Source: Podarcis bocagei
Lineage: Eukaryota
Assembly (NCBI GenBank): GCA_964188305.1
Contig: OZ076889.1
Length of the DNA: 64,000 nt
Direction: 5' to 3' (one strand)
Part shown: positions 13,601 through 24,625 of the stretch, piece by piece
Layout: every line of letters starts with the position of its first letter
Position numbering within the stretch: position 1 is the first letter of the stretch
Notes under the pieces: generated by a model
The model's database searches: none
Told to the model about the DNA's origin: nothing
What the model saw: only the letters and a program-made list of their open reading frames with translations
Position numbers and translations under genes: made by a program

Positions 13601-16600
13601 TCGAGTCCTTACATTCCATTCTCAATTCTGGATAGATCTGAAGTGTCATTTAGGGTTATACAAGGAGCTTGAATATGTCCAGTATATTTTTTACTTCAGT
13701 TGTTTGAGTTTGTCAACCTGTGCTGTTGAAGATTAGGGGACTTTTCAAAAGTAGTTTGACCAAACAATGATTGACAACAGCTAAGAGAGAGAGATGGCAG
13801 ATTAAAAAGTTTATTAGAATAAACTAGCAGGCCTATTTGCAAATTTAAATGCCATCTACTTGAATATTATTGTTGATAGTAATAGTAGTATATTTCTTAA
13901 CGCTTGTGCCTAGTTACTTACGATAAACAGTGCTTGATAGTAGACCAAAAGGTGGAAATCACTCCTAATTTATCAACAGCTGCATTTTTAAGACGGTGAA
14001 ACTTAGTTAAAACTTGTTTTGCACTAAAAACACTGGTGATGACAGCAGACTCCTAATCTTGAATCATTGGAAGCCCCCCCCCCCTTTTTTAGTATTTTTT
14101 TTGAGTGCACTAAACATACAGTGAGTTGGAGGGCTTCTGCTAATATGCATGCTTTGTTTTTTGCTTAATGTAAGAATACAATTTTTGAACTTGACCTATT
14201 CTGTAGTGTACTTCTCTCCATCCCTCCCTCTCCCTCCCACCCACCCGGTTTTTGAATACAGTCTGAAGCATTCCACAGTTATATGTAGGACAGTTAACTG
14301 TTACACTTTATTTAGTAATGTGTATTGTTTCTATTTGGGATAACTTTTCTAGGCAGAGAAAAACAGAGCAGCAGCAATGGCTAATAACCTACAAAAAGGA
14401 AGCGCAGGTCCCATGAGACTGTATGTGGGATCATTACACTTCAATATAACTGAAGATATGCTTCGTGGAATCTTTGAACCTTTTGGGCGGGTAAGTTTTT
14501 TAGTTCATTGGGGACAACTGCACCTAGTAGTAGTGACAGAATTATGAATTCCTGAAAGGTTTAATTGGCTAACTTCCTTTCTCTGATTTAAAAAAATGTT
14601 AGTTCAAGTAGAAATAAAAACTACTGTGTTTTTCGCCATATAGGACACACTTTTCCCCCTCCAAAAATGAAGGGGAAATGTGTGTGCATCCTATGGGGCA
14701 AATGTAGGCTTTCGCTGAAGCCTGGAGAGCGACCCCTCTCGCTCTCCAGGCTTCAGGAAGCTATCCGCAGGCCTTGCAAGCCCGGCGGTAGGTTCCGCGG
14801 GCTCGCAAGGGTTGCGGGCAGCAGCCTGCAAGCTCGGAGGATAGCGGGGAGGCGGAGCGCCGCCACCCCGCTATTCCCGGACCTAGTCTGGAGGCGGGGA
14901 GAAGCAAGCTTGCTTATCGCCAGCCCCACAATCTCGGGGGGTAGCGGGGAGGCGGAGCGCCGCCACCCCACTATTCCCCGACCTGGTTTGGAGGCGGGCG
15001 GTGGGGAGAAGCAAGCTTGCTTCTCCCCATCGCCAGCCCCACAAGCTCGGGGAACAGCGGGGCAAGCCGCTGCCCCACGGAGGCTAGAGAGGCTGTCCCT
15101 GAAGGCAGAAGAGGGAGACGGAGCACTCCGTCTCCCTCTTCTAGCTTGGGGATGGCTGCGCAAACCTGGGGGGGGGGAAATAAAAAATTATCCCTTGATT
15201 TCCCCCCCCCCCAAAAAAAAAACTAGGTGCGTCCTATGGGCCAGTGCGTCCTATAGGGCGAAAAATACAGTACATTTATTCATTTGATCCTAAAGACCAG
15301 TCTTGATTGAGTAACCTACAGTTGCACTTCTATAGTAGTGGATGCCAAGTTGCATAGACTGCTTTCATAGCAGATTGTAAAAATTAAAATAATATTTCGT
15401 CTGTCTAACTGCAATATAATTCTGGTTTGTGCTTTCAACAACACTGTGATAACATCAAACCGTAGTATTGCACCATGGGATCACATCTTGTGCTCCCTTT
15501 CCTCCTCACACTCCAGTTTACAGTCCCAGTTTTCAGGCAATATCACAATTGGAATGTTTGGTTGTAACTGCAGTTGATGGTTTGCCTCGACCAGCAAATG
15601 CGTAAGCAGAGTGTCTGAGAACGGAGCACTTAGGCATAGCACCAAAGTATGATTTAGTATTATGTGTGACACATCTATTCTTTACGATTTCACGATCCAA
15701 ATCTTGAGGATTTCAAACATCCAGGGGATCTATTAGAACATTCTGTGCATATTCCAGTTTGCGTTATGGTCCTGGACAAACAGACTTTGATTTCTTCTAC
15801 ATTCTGTTCTATAAAATAAAAATTGATGACAGTAGGTCTTATATACTAATTGGTACTGGTCTTTGCAGATTGAAAGCATTCAGCTGATGATGGACAGTGA
15901 AACTGGACGTTCCAAAGGATATGGATTTATTACTGTAAGTTTATAAAGTTTGTTGTGGCAAACAGGTTCTACTGATGTCAATTGAATATATTGTTTCCAA
16001 GTAAAAATTATTAGATCTTAAGATGTTCTGATTTTTTTAGACTTGTGATCCTTAACTTAGTTTTAGTTTACATGTGTAAAATTACAATATGTGCCACACC
16101 TTTTATAATGTGCCCTGAAAGAAGTTGAAGATATTTTAAGTCATAAACATGAATAATTCTGAAAGTTAGGTACTAAGCCCCATGTTTTGGGCATGCTCAC
16201 AATGATAGAATAATTCCAGTTTTTATTAAACATGAGCAACCACTGCTATTGTACTGGACTTCAAGTTGGAGTGTGCTAAATGAAGGTGGCTGCTTCACTA
16301 CCAGATAATGGCATTCAGTAGAGTACAGTCATATCTTGGATCCTGAATGCCTTGGTACTCGGACGTTTTGGCTCCCGAATGCTGCAAACCCGGAAATGAG
16401 TGTTCCGGTTTGCAAATGTTCTTTGGAACCCGAATGCCCAACGGGGCTTCTGCAGCTTTGGTTTCCGATTCCGTTCGACTTCCAAGGTACGACTGTATGT
16501 TGCTGTGTTGATAAAAGCAAATTGAAAATGAAAGGATGAAGGCAAAATTGTCCATAGACAAGTGTGCAACTTCTCAAGTTACATAAAATTACTAAATGCA

Positions 16601-19600
16601 AACGTCAAGTTGATTAACTCTACAACCCCTTAAACCAGGTGGAAGTATGCCATGGTTTGCATTGCCTGGTAGTTAGTTTGGGCTCCCATGTCTGTACCTA
16701 TGGGTTTTATAGCAAAAAAAACAAATACATTGTGGCTTCTTTCACACTAAGCCAGTTATTTGAAGGGTTCTAGTATTAGCTTGATGACTGAAACTTAATA
16801 GTTTCATTTTTTAAAAAATAAATAAACGCTGAAATAAAAGTCTGCTAACAACTGTATTTTAAATGACCATAGATTAATTTGTTTAGTTTTCAGACTCTGA
16901 GTGTGCTAAAAAGGCCTTGGAACAACTAAATGGGTTTGAACTAGCTGGCAGGCCAATGAAAGTAGGTCATGTAACTGAACGTACAGATGCATCCAGTGCT
17001 AGCTCATTTTTGGACAGTGATGAACTGGAAAGGACTGGAATTGACTTGGGAACAACTGGCCGTCTTCAGTTGATGGCAAGACTTGCTGAGGGTAAGTATA
17101 TTTGTAAAAAGCATAGTACATATTTTCTTCTAACATTTTTTAGCATAACACTACGTACTACTATATGATTTCAGTCTAAAGGAAAGCTCACTGCCAAGTT
17201 TTTCTAGGTAAGTGGGACGTAGTCATCTCCATGTTGTAGACCTTCTAGTTTGGCTACATTGATTCCCAAAATTTTAACCTGGTTTGCATACAGTGCTAAA
17301 ACCATGATTTAGTACTATGGGCATGAGGTGAACAAACCTAAAGCTGCACTTCCTATTTTTCTTGCCTCCTTCTGTGCAGCTGGGAAATAAATGCCTGCTG
17401 CATTTGCTTTGAGTTTTGTGAATCCTAGCTTGTCGTGAGGTGCTAATCAGAATCAAGGTTTAAAACTTGTAAGCTTCAAAGTTAGTAAACTTTAAACCAT
17501 GGGTAGTGACACTGGCTTTAACTAATCAGAGTTTGTTATTAAACTGTGCTGTCTGGAAATTAAACACAGCAGAAGTCTTCCCAAACCATGTGGAAGTGGG
17601 AGGGGATAACTGTAAAGCTAGTAACTTTGATTGGGCTCATTCTGGTTTGTACTTGTAGCACAAAACAATTTTTCATAATTTTAGTATCCTAGTTAAATGT
17701 AGAGCCTCTAGCACAAAATAGATTAATGGCTTTCTATTCCAGGTACTGGCTTACAAATTCCTCCAGCTGCACAGCAAGCTCTGCAGATGAGTGGATCATT
17801 AGCATTTAGCGCTGTAGCAGGTAAAATTGTTTTTTCTAAATACTGTAATCTGGAAGTTATTCTTAAGAAAGATAACTTACCTGTTGATTATGATATGTTA
17901 GTTGATTTGCACAATCACAGCAATTTTCTGTATCACTTTATTTCCTTTATTTCAATTATATACCACTTAGTCACAGAAATTGCTAAGCGGGGTACAATCA
18001 GATTACAAAAGTAACAGTGAATAAAATTTTATGCAGGAAATAAAATTAATCATAAAAACAGTATTTAACTGCCTGCTGATATAGAAAGGTTTTCAGGCAC
18101 CTGAAGTTCAACTATCAGAGGGCCCTGTATAATATCAGTTGTGAGGGAGTTCTACAGAATCAGGCCCACTATACTGAATGTGCAGCTCCCGGGGGATATG
18201 GACTGCATATCTGAGCCACAGGGGACCACTAAAACGGATTACTCTGAAGATTTATAAGGTATCCTGGGCTCAGAATGTTAAGGCCTTTGTAAATTATACA
18301 AGAACCTTGAACTTGACCCAGTAACATGGACAGCCAGTGCGAGCGTTGAAGTGCCAGATTTATGTGCTGATGATAATCTGTCCCTACTAGCATTCTAGCC
18401 ACAGGATTTAGCACCTGCTGGAGCTTCTAGACTAAACTAATTATTTTATTTATACATACCCTACCCAAGGATAGCCCCACATAGAGCACATTGTGGTAAT
18501 GAGTATTGAGGTTACTAGTGATCAGGTTATCCCTGTCCAAGAAGAGCCATAGTTGATAACCATAGCTTGTAAAAGGTACTCCTAGTCACCGAGTCTACCT
18601 GAGTCTAAAGTGACAGAGAACCCCCGAATTATGAACCTGTTCTTTATGAGAGAGTATAATCGTGTCCAGAATAGGCAGGAGGCCAATTCTCCAGTCATGG
18701 GAACCATTCTTCCACAGTGGCTTCTTAGGCTCCTTATCCAGTTTCCTACTTTGCCCAGTGGTCCATGTTTAACTTCTCCTGATTCAGATATTGTGGAGAA
18801 TAGAGCTGCATGTCATCAGCATACTGATGATACTTGGCCCCCAACCTCCTCATGACTGTTCCCAGTGGCTTCATATGGATGTATTGGCAACTAGATTCTG
18901 CTCTTCAGCACACCATAGCACAAAGACGGGGGCCCAAGACACGATACCCCAACTCTGTTCTGTATTGAATCACCGCCAATCACAACAGGGAGCTCACTTG
19001 ACTAAGCTAGTGATGCTTTAAATCAGGACACACTGAATGATTGCTGATTTCTGACTTGCACCATGAGCTTTCAGTAGAGCAGCATATTGTATTAAAATCT
19101 ACACACATTATTATCCCATCACTTTTATGGATGTTAGTTATGTGGTTGTCAAGACCTTTATGTAGTGGTTGCATGTACAGCTTTCTGCCTTACGTTGCTG
19201 TATCTCACATTTGTCCTGTGATTAAGATTAAAACTGCTCCTGCTTGGCTTGCTGATATCTGCTTCGGTGTCCAGCCTCTGATAGTATGATGGCTCAGATG
19301 ACTGGCTGACTCTGATATACAGGACTCACTTCACATAACCAGTCTTGAATTGCTTGTGAAATTTTCACATGACCTCTTTCTTTTATTGCTTCTTGTCTCC
19401 TAGCTTATGCATACACAGTGACAAATTTTCATAGAGGAATGGGTGGTACTCTTTAGGGCATTAAGGGGTGTGTGTAAGAAATTTGTATTCCAAATATTAT
19501 ATTGAAATGTTCTCTGCAATATTTTTCTTTAGATTTACAGACACGACTTTCACAGCAGAGTGAAGGTGAGACTGATTTTGAATAGAGTTGTACATGGCTA

Positions 19601-22378
19601 GAAAGACAGGCATTTACAATTCCACCTCCCTGAGAGTAAGGATAAGTGCTCCTTACTACTTGTGAGAGGAACTCTCAGAAGCTTTAGACAGTTCCCTACA
19701 GTTTGGATAAGAAAAGATACAGCATAAATTTCTCCTGTTTCTTTCCCAGTCCAAGTGAAAACTTCCACTGCTTTCAGCCTATCATGCTTGGCTGTGAAAC
19801 TTGGTAGCAAGGAGAAATGGATGCTCACCTAGTTAAGATAAGGTGATATTAGTGGATCCAGTATGAAGATGGAATTTGAGCTGTTGTCTTTTGTTAAAGT
19901 AAATAATAAAGCACTGGATCATTTCTATTTTCCAATTCCTCTTCTAAAATAATTTCATTTTTCAACAATTCTGGTGTGGATGTGCTGACACTCAAAAACC
20001 TATACATACACTATTGGGATTTTGGGTGTAGTCTATATCTCTGTTCTCAGGCAGTCCACTCAGTTGTACTTTACTTGCTCCAGAGCCATTTCTGAGTTGG
20101 ATCTAAATTTTGTAAAGCATTGGCTCTTTTGATCTAAGGACATTTATGCAAGCTTATTTGTCTGGTGCAAGATGAAGGAAGAAATAAACAAGTTCCAACA
20201 GAGCAATCTGATTAGCACAATGTTGAATTCCTCCCTATATGTTTCAGACAGTATCTTGTCCTCAAAAATGGGGACGGGAGTAGGCCTATTGAAGTTAATA
20301 AGGCATGTTTAAATTAGGTTCATTAACTTTGGCACCTCTGCTCTAAGTAGGACTTAGTTTAATACAACCCGTGAATTCAGATAGCTGTTCAAATCACTTA
20401 GTGTTTCTTGACAGGGACATAATGCAGTCAGTTTACTCGTTAGCACAGTGCTCAACAAATTGAATGACAAATATATCCTGACCTCCTTGCCCAATTTGAA
20501 TGTGAAAGACTGTTTTTAGGAACTGTATTCTTGCAACAGAATCATATTTTGTAAACCTTGGTTTTCTATTTTGTAACGTTGTATTATGATAAATTTTCAG
20601 TAGAGTTTGCCTTGATACTTTTAAAGTCTTAGTTGTATTCTGAGGGTGGAATTCGGCATTGTGATATTACAAACGTTCTGCCTGTGCAAGTGTATCAGCT
20701 TGCCAGAGGGACCAATCTGCCTCCACTGGCATGCCTCTCGCAGCCAATTGCGGGGGAGGGAAAGAAAAGAAGAAAGTCTGTTATGCACAGGGCTTTTAGG
20801 TGTATCCCACCCTGAATTTTGTGCTTCTTAAAATAAGGAGAAACTTACTCTACACTTTCCTCTCCAGTGTTGGCTGCAGCTGCTTCTGTACAACCACTTG
20901 CAACACAGTGCTTCCAGCTCTCCAATATGTTCAATCCTCAAACGTAAGTTAATCTCTCTTTTTTTGTAAAATCTGTTTTATTTCTCTATTTTCAGTATAC
21001 ATATGAAGAATAATTAATTAATTATTGTCTTACTCTTCAGTGAAGAAGATGCTGGCTGGGATACAGAAATTAAGGATGATGTGATTGAGGAGTGTAACAA
21101 ACATGGAGGCGTTGTCCATATTTATGTAGACAAAAATTCAGCTCAGGTATGTTGATTAAATCAGTACCCAAAGGTGGTAACTTCTATCTGTTCCTATACT
21201 TCTACAAGATGTGAGATGTGGCTATACTACTGATAGTATGGTCAAGTACTTGGGAGAATTTTGTGTTCTACAAACAGACCAAACTAAAGTATTCTCTGTG
21301 TGATGCCAGAAAACTCTGTTACTCGGTTGTCAGTGAACAAATGTCTATACAGACATGGATTCAATTACTATGTACATCATTGCAAGATTAAAATACATGC
21401 TTATGAATCCTGAATTACTAGCTGCAAAGAATACAGGTCCAGTAAGTACTGCATGGACACAGTAATTCAGTTTTACTAGCAAACCGGAGGTTGGACTAAT
21501 CCCTTTCCAATCCTGGGAGGAATGTGGGGAGTGTTCACGTGACACACCACACCACAGCTGACACACTAACGTGTCATGACACACAGTTTGGAAAGCTCTG
21601 CCATAGACCATCTCAGTTAAAGGAAATAAGATGACACTCTGAAACCTAAATGAGATTTGCATGCACCTTAAACTTTGATGGGGAACCTGCAATACTCCAG
21701 ATGTTGTTGAACTCCCAACCTGCCTCAGCCAACATGGCTAGTGGTCAGAGATGATGGGAATTGTAGTCTAGAAACAATTGAAAGGTGACAGATTCCTCAT
21801 CTCTGCCCTACAAGATCATGTAGGAGTGCTCCTTAATCTAGTTCTGCTTTCAGATGCACAGGTAGCTATGTGCTCACCTTTGACTGATAGGCCAGATACA
21901 ACCCTTCCTGATGAAACTGGACCATGCCACAGTCTTTCAAGCCTTAATTATCTTGTGCTTTTTGTGGCATTGCCCTTGAAAAGCTTTTGGAAACTTCAGT
22001 TGGTACAAAATGCTACCATCAGACTTTTGTCTCAGGTTAAACATTCAGAACAAAATTACTTTTTCTTTTTTTGCTTTCTTGCATGATGTACTTTAGCATA
22101 AGCTGCCTTGAATTAACTTTGTGCAGAAAAGGCAGGATATAAGTATATTAAATTCATTTGATGGATTAAAATATTTATTCACATTTCATCTGTAGTTTTG
22201 TTCCAACAACTTTAATTGTTGATTTCTGTTGATCTGCAAGTTGATCTATTAAATGCAGTAAACATTGTTTGTATTTCAGGGTAATGTGTATGTCAAATGC
22301 CCTTCAATAGCTGCAGCAATTGCAGCTGTCAATGCATTACATGGAAGGTGGTTTGCAGGTATGTGAACTAAAGTTGTT

Positions 22379-22455
<77 letters not shown>

Positions 22456-23755
22456 GAATTTATATACCGCCCTGTTAGCCTCAGGTAATGTATGCCTTGT
22501 TGCTGTCTAACATAGGTAATAGGTATAGATAAGCAGCTGGGACTTTGAGAAGTAAACAGTGAGGGGAGTTGTTTCTTAGAACACCACCTGAAAAACTAGG
22601 TAATCACAAGTACTTGGGGAAAGTGGTATCAATTTGCAGGCTTCCACTGAGAACCACAGCATTTTCACCATACTCCCTGCAAATTTATCTTCAGTAAGCC
22701 AGTGCCCTTAGAACACATGTTGATTTGAGCTGCTTAAATAACTTCTAATACTTTAAATTGTCTAGACTGATGATTTGCAGTTGAACTCATATGGGATTGA
22801 CATTTTTGGAAAGAGGGTTATTTGTGTAGCAGCACTTGGGCAGTTGCTGGGTGAGATACATAACCCTTCCACCTGTTTTCAGTTTGACATCCCTTACCCA
22901 GGATACTTTCCCAACAATTATATTACAAGAGGATCAACAGTTCCATTTAAGTTTAATGTAGCCTTTGATGCCACATCCTTCTTTGCCAGACAGATCTTTG
23001 TACGTTACAGCAGTGATTTTCAACCAGAGTATCATGGCACCCTGGGGTGCCTTGAATGATGGTCAGGGGTGCCATGGGCAACACTGGCCTCTGTCTTGAC
23101 GTTCTTTCCCTCCTCCTTCTGATGCCTTTTTGCGTCTCTGCCTCTCAAAAGGCTTGCACAGCTGTTAGCTGCAGCAGACCCGACTACAAGCTCCCCAGTT
23201 TTTCTGGGGCTGGCCAGGGGTTGCTTCCCAGGCCCCTGTGAGGCAGTGTAAGAAGGCACCTTTCCCTGCAGCACCTGACCATCATTCAAGGCACCCCAGG
23301 GTGCCATGGCACACTGGCTGAAAACCCCTGCTTTACTCAGTGATATTTTACTGTTAGCTTACTGTAACCTTAATTTTTTTTCATTGGACTGGTTAACAAG
23401 TTCTAATTCTGGAAAGTATTGCTCTTGTTGGACAGATGATTTTTATGGTTTCTTCTTCTTTTTGTTGTTGAAAACCTCCCTGAGCATTGCAGATGCATTG
23501 TGAGGATAGAAGTTTACTAAAACAATAGTCCTTGGAGGATTACAATAGTCTTGTAATGAACTTCATAGGCATTGCACCTTTCTCATTTTGTCTATTCTTG
23601 TATAAAAAGTAAACAAGAATTTTAAGCAGTTTTTTCCTCTCTCGTTTCTTTTAGGTAAAATGATCACAGCAGCATACGTACCACTTCCAACATACCACAA
23701 CCTTTTCCCTGATTCTATGAATGCAACCCAGCTCTTGGTTCCTGCTCGGCGATGA
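7022..23755 (+). CDS. RBM39: RNA-binding protein 39 (CAPER-alpha), spliced CDS, 5'-partial (14 coding exons in window; exons 1-3 upstream)
   Basis: Exons 7022-7216, 7921-7986, 8077-8130, 10405-10522, 13304-13456, 14353-14490, 15869-15934, 16887-17091, 17743-17820, 19533-19565, 20868-20943, 21041-21146, 22280-22358, 23655-23755 all have AG/GT flanks and join in one frame: RS domain, RRM1 (RTVFCMQLAARIRPRDLEEFF), RRM2 (RLYVGSLHFNITEDMLRGIFEPFG), UHM, ending QLLVPARR*. 1468 nt here; 522 aa if the missing 5' part is 101 coding nt as in human. Confidence 0.97.
7634..7695. repeat. Compound microsatellite (AT)17(GT)14
   Basis: Read directly. Confidence 0.95.
7921..7986 (+). CDS. RBM39: RBM39 exon 5
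   Basis: tctag|T TCT GGT CCA ... ATA AG|gtttcc; SGPKFNSAIRGKIGLPHNIKI. Confidence 0.93.
8077..8130 (+). CDS. RBM39: RBM39 exon 6
   Basis: cacag|T AGA CGA CGA ... GTG AG|gtaggc; RRRSRSKSPFRKDKSPV. Confidence 0.93.
8524..8870 (-). mobile_element. Full-length Sauria SINE (Squam1 type)
   Basis: Minus strand begins GGATGCGGGTGGCGCTGTGGGTTAAACC with B box GGTTCGAATCC and ends in an (ACCTTT)n tail; 13-bp TSD TGAGCTATAAGTA at 8511-8523 and 8871-8883. Confidence 0.9.
10405..10522 (+). CDS. RBM39: RBM39 exon 7 (start of RRM1)
   Basis: ttcag|A GAA CCA ... GGA AAG|gtgagg; EPIDNLTPEERDARTVFCMQLAARIRPRDLEEFFSTVGK. Confidence 0.96.
10734..11575. mobile_element. Non-autonomous hAT DNA transposon with GC-rich repetitive interior
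   Basis: TIRs CAGGCATGACCAAC / GTTGGACATGTCTG; exact 8-bp TSD ACATAGAC at 10726-10733 and 11576-11583. Confidence 0.85.
11922..12608. mobile_element. Second non-autonomous hAT element of the same TIR family
   Basis: TIRs CAGGCACGTCCAAC / GTTGGACATGCCTT; 8-bp TSD GTCTAGAA / GCCTAGAA (1 mismatch). Confidence 0.75.
13304..13456 (+). CDS. RBM39: RBM39 exon 8 (RRM1)
   Basis: tctag|GTC CGT ... TCT CAA|gtaagt; VRDVRMISDRNSRRSKGIAYVEF...PIIVQASQ. Confidence 0.96.
13524..13589 (+). mobile_element. CR1-type 3' end fragment
   Basis: GCATTGCAGGGGGTTGGAGTAGATGACC...ATTCTATGA. Confidence 0.65.
14353..14490 (+). CDS. RBM39: RBM39 exon 9 (start of RRM2)
   Basis: tctag|GCA GAG ... GGG CGG|gtaagt; AEKNRAAAMANNLQKGSAGPMRLYVGSLHFNITEDMLRGIFEPFGR. 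Confidence 0.96.
14624..15270. mobile_element. Non-autonomous Tc1/mariner-superfamily element
   Basis: About 25-bp TIRs CTGTGTTTTTCGCCATATAGGACAC / GCGTCCTATAGGGCGAAAAATACAG, TA on both sides; CpG-rich interior with a ~100-bp tandem duplication. Confidence 0.85.
15869..15934 (+). CDS. RBM39: RBM39 exon 10
   Basis: tgcag|ATT GAA ... ATT ACT|gtaagt; IESIQLMMDSETGRSKGYGFIT. Confidence 0.96.
16326..16495. mobile_element. Tigger/pogo-like MITE
   Basis: TA-CAGTCATATCTTGGA ... TCCAAGGTACGACTG-TA. Confidence 0.8.
16887..17091 (+). CDS. RBM39: RBM39 exon 11
   Basis: tttag|TTT TCA GAC ... GAG G|gtaagt; FSDSECAKKALEQLNGFELAGRPMKVGHV...LMARLAE. Confidence 0.96.
17743..17820 (+). CDS. RBM39: RBM39 exon 12
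   Basis: tccag|GT ACT GGC ... GCA G|gtaaaa; TGLQIPPAAQQALQMSGSLAFSAVA. Confidence 0.95.
17935..18900 (-). mobile_element. Degraded L2-clade LINE fragment
   Basis: Minus strand CATCAGTATGCTGATGAC (HQYADD, RT motif) near 18812-18829; frame decayed; boundaries approximate. Confidence 0.65.
19533..19565 (+). CDS. RBM39: RBM39 exon 13 (33-nt short form)
   Basis: tttag|AT TTA CAG ... GAA G|gtgaga; DLQTRLSQQSE. Confidence 0.92.
20868..20943 (+). CDS. RBM39: RBM39 exon 14
   Basis: tccag|TG TTG GCT ... CAA AC|gtaagt; VLAAAASVQPLATQCFQLSNMFNPQ. Confidence 0.95.
21041..21146 (+). CDS. RBM39: RBM39 exon 15 (UHM)
   Basis: ttcag|T GAA GAA ... GCT CAG|gtatgt; EEDAGWDTEIKDDVIEECNKHGGVVHIYVDKNSAQ. Confidence 0.96.
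21680..21808. mobile_element. Degraded palindromic hAT MITE (same family as 41918-42053)
   Basis: CTCCAGATGTTGTTGAACTCCCA ... GATGATGGGAATTGTAGTC. Confidence 0.6.
22280..22358 (+). CDS. RBM39: RBM39 exon 16 (UHM, RWF motif)
   Basis: ttcag|GGT AAT ... GCA G|gtatgt; GNVYVKCPSIAAAIAAVNALHGRWFA. Confidence 0.96.
22379..22454. repeat. Compound microsatellite (TAC)n(TAT)n, probably the tail of a reverse-oriented retroelement
   Basis: Read directly; followed by TTTATATACCGCCC. Confidence 0.9.
23011..23330. mobile_element. hAT-like MITE with long terminal inverted repeats
   Basis: CAGTGATTTTCAACCAG...CATGGCACCCTGGGGTGCCTTGAATGATGGTCAGG mirrored by CCTGACCATCATTCAAGGCACCCCAGGGTGCCATG...CTGGCTGAAAACCCCTG. 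Confidence 0.8.
23655..23755 (+). CDS. RBM39: RBM39 last coding exon
   Basis: tttag|GT AAA ATG ... CGG CGA TGA; KMITAAYVPLPTYHNLFPDSMNATQLLVPARR*. Confidence 0.96.
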
Positions 23756-24619
23756 AGATGGATTTAGTCAGTTTTGTACATAGCTATTTTTGAAGGAAGA
23801 CTTGAGTTACCTTTTTAATTAGAAGAAGACAAAAGGAAAGGCTGTAAAGTCCTTTTGTGTACATTTCCTGTTACTTTTAAACGAAAAACAAAAAATAGAG
23901 TAAGCAGGAATGCTGTGTGTTCATTCTCTTGATTAGCATTCCCACTGTATACAAAGCTGACTACTTGTTCTGCCTTGTAATTCTTGTACATTTAGAACAT
24001 TTGGCTAAAGTGATCTGTAGGAACAGATGTAGCTCATAGAAAAGATTTTTCTGTAAAAGGTGGACAGGACATAAATTTTAATGTTTCACAAGCCTTTTCT
24101 TTTAATGCAGGTATTACATTTTACATTCACCTAAATGTAGATGCTCTGCTAAAGGTTAATATCAGATTTAACTGGACATATTTAGTGTGTTTTGTATGGA
24201 TCAAAAATTTGAGAGGCTACTGAGTGATTTCTTTGGCCAGCTGTTCTACTCACTTAATGTTGACCAGCTGGCAAAATTGGGAGGATTATAGAAGATTTTA
24301 TTTCTAGATGGTAACTTTTGATTGTCTCTGTAAAAGTTTCTTGTAAATAAGGTGTAAGGTGTGTTTAGAATTCCAAACAAAGCTATCTCTGCATTTCCAG
24401 ATTAAAGTTCCATTGATTGCAGGGAATGTACCTAAGTTTGAAAGTTGAAGTAGGAAATGCAGGAATATATTTTGTCTGGTTGCATATAATCTGCTCTTTT
24501 TTAAGCTCTGTGAGCTCTGAAATATATTTTTGGGTTACTTCAATGTGTTTGACAAAACAGCTTGATATTTCTATCAACAAATGACTTTCATATTGCAATG
24601 ATCTTTGTAAGAACCACTC

Positions 24620-24625
24620 AATAAA
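24620..24625 (+). terminator. Probable RBM39 polyadenylation signal
   Basis: AATAAA about 865 nt after the stop, at the end of a repeat-free U-rich 3'UTR. Confidence 0.65.

Noticed and set aside
14667-15287. 206-aa and 136-aa ORFs
   Set aside because: Interior of the mariner-type element; repetitive and GC-driven.
19284-19350. Possible C/D snoRNA (ATGATGG ... CTGA)
   Set aside because: Box C is imperfect and no terminal stem or guide is evident.
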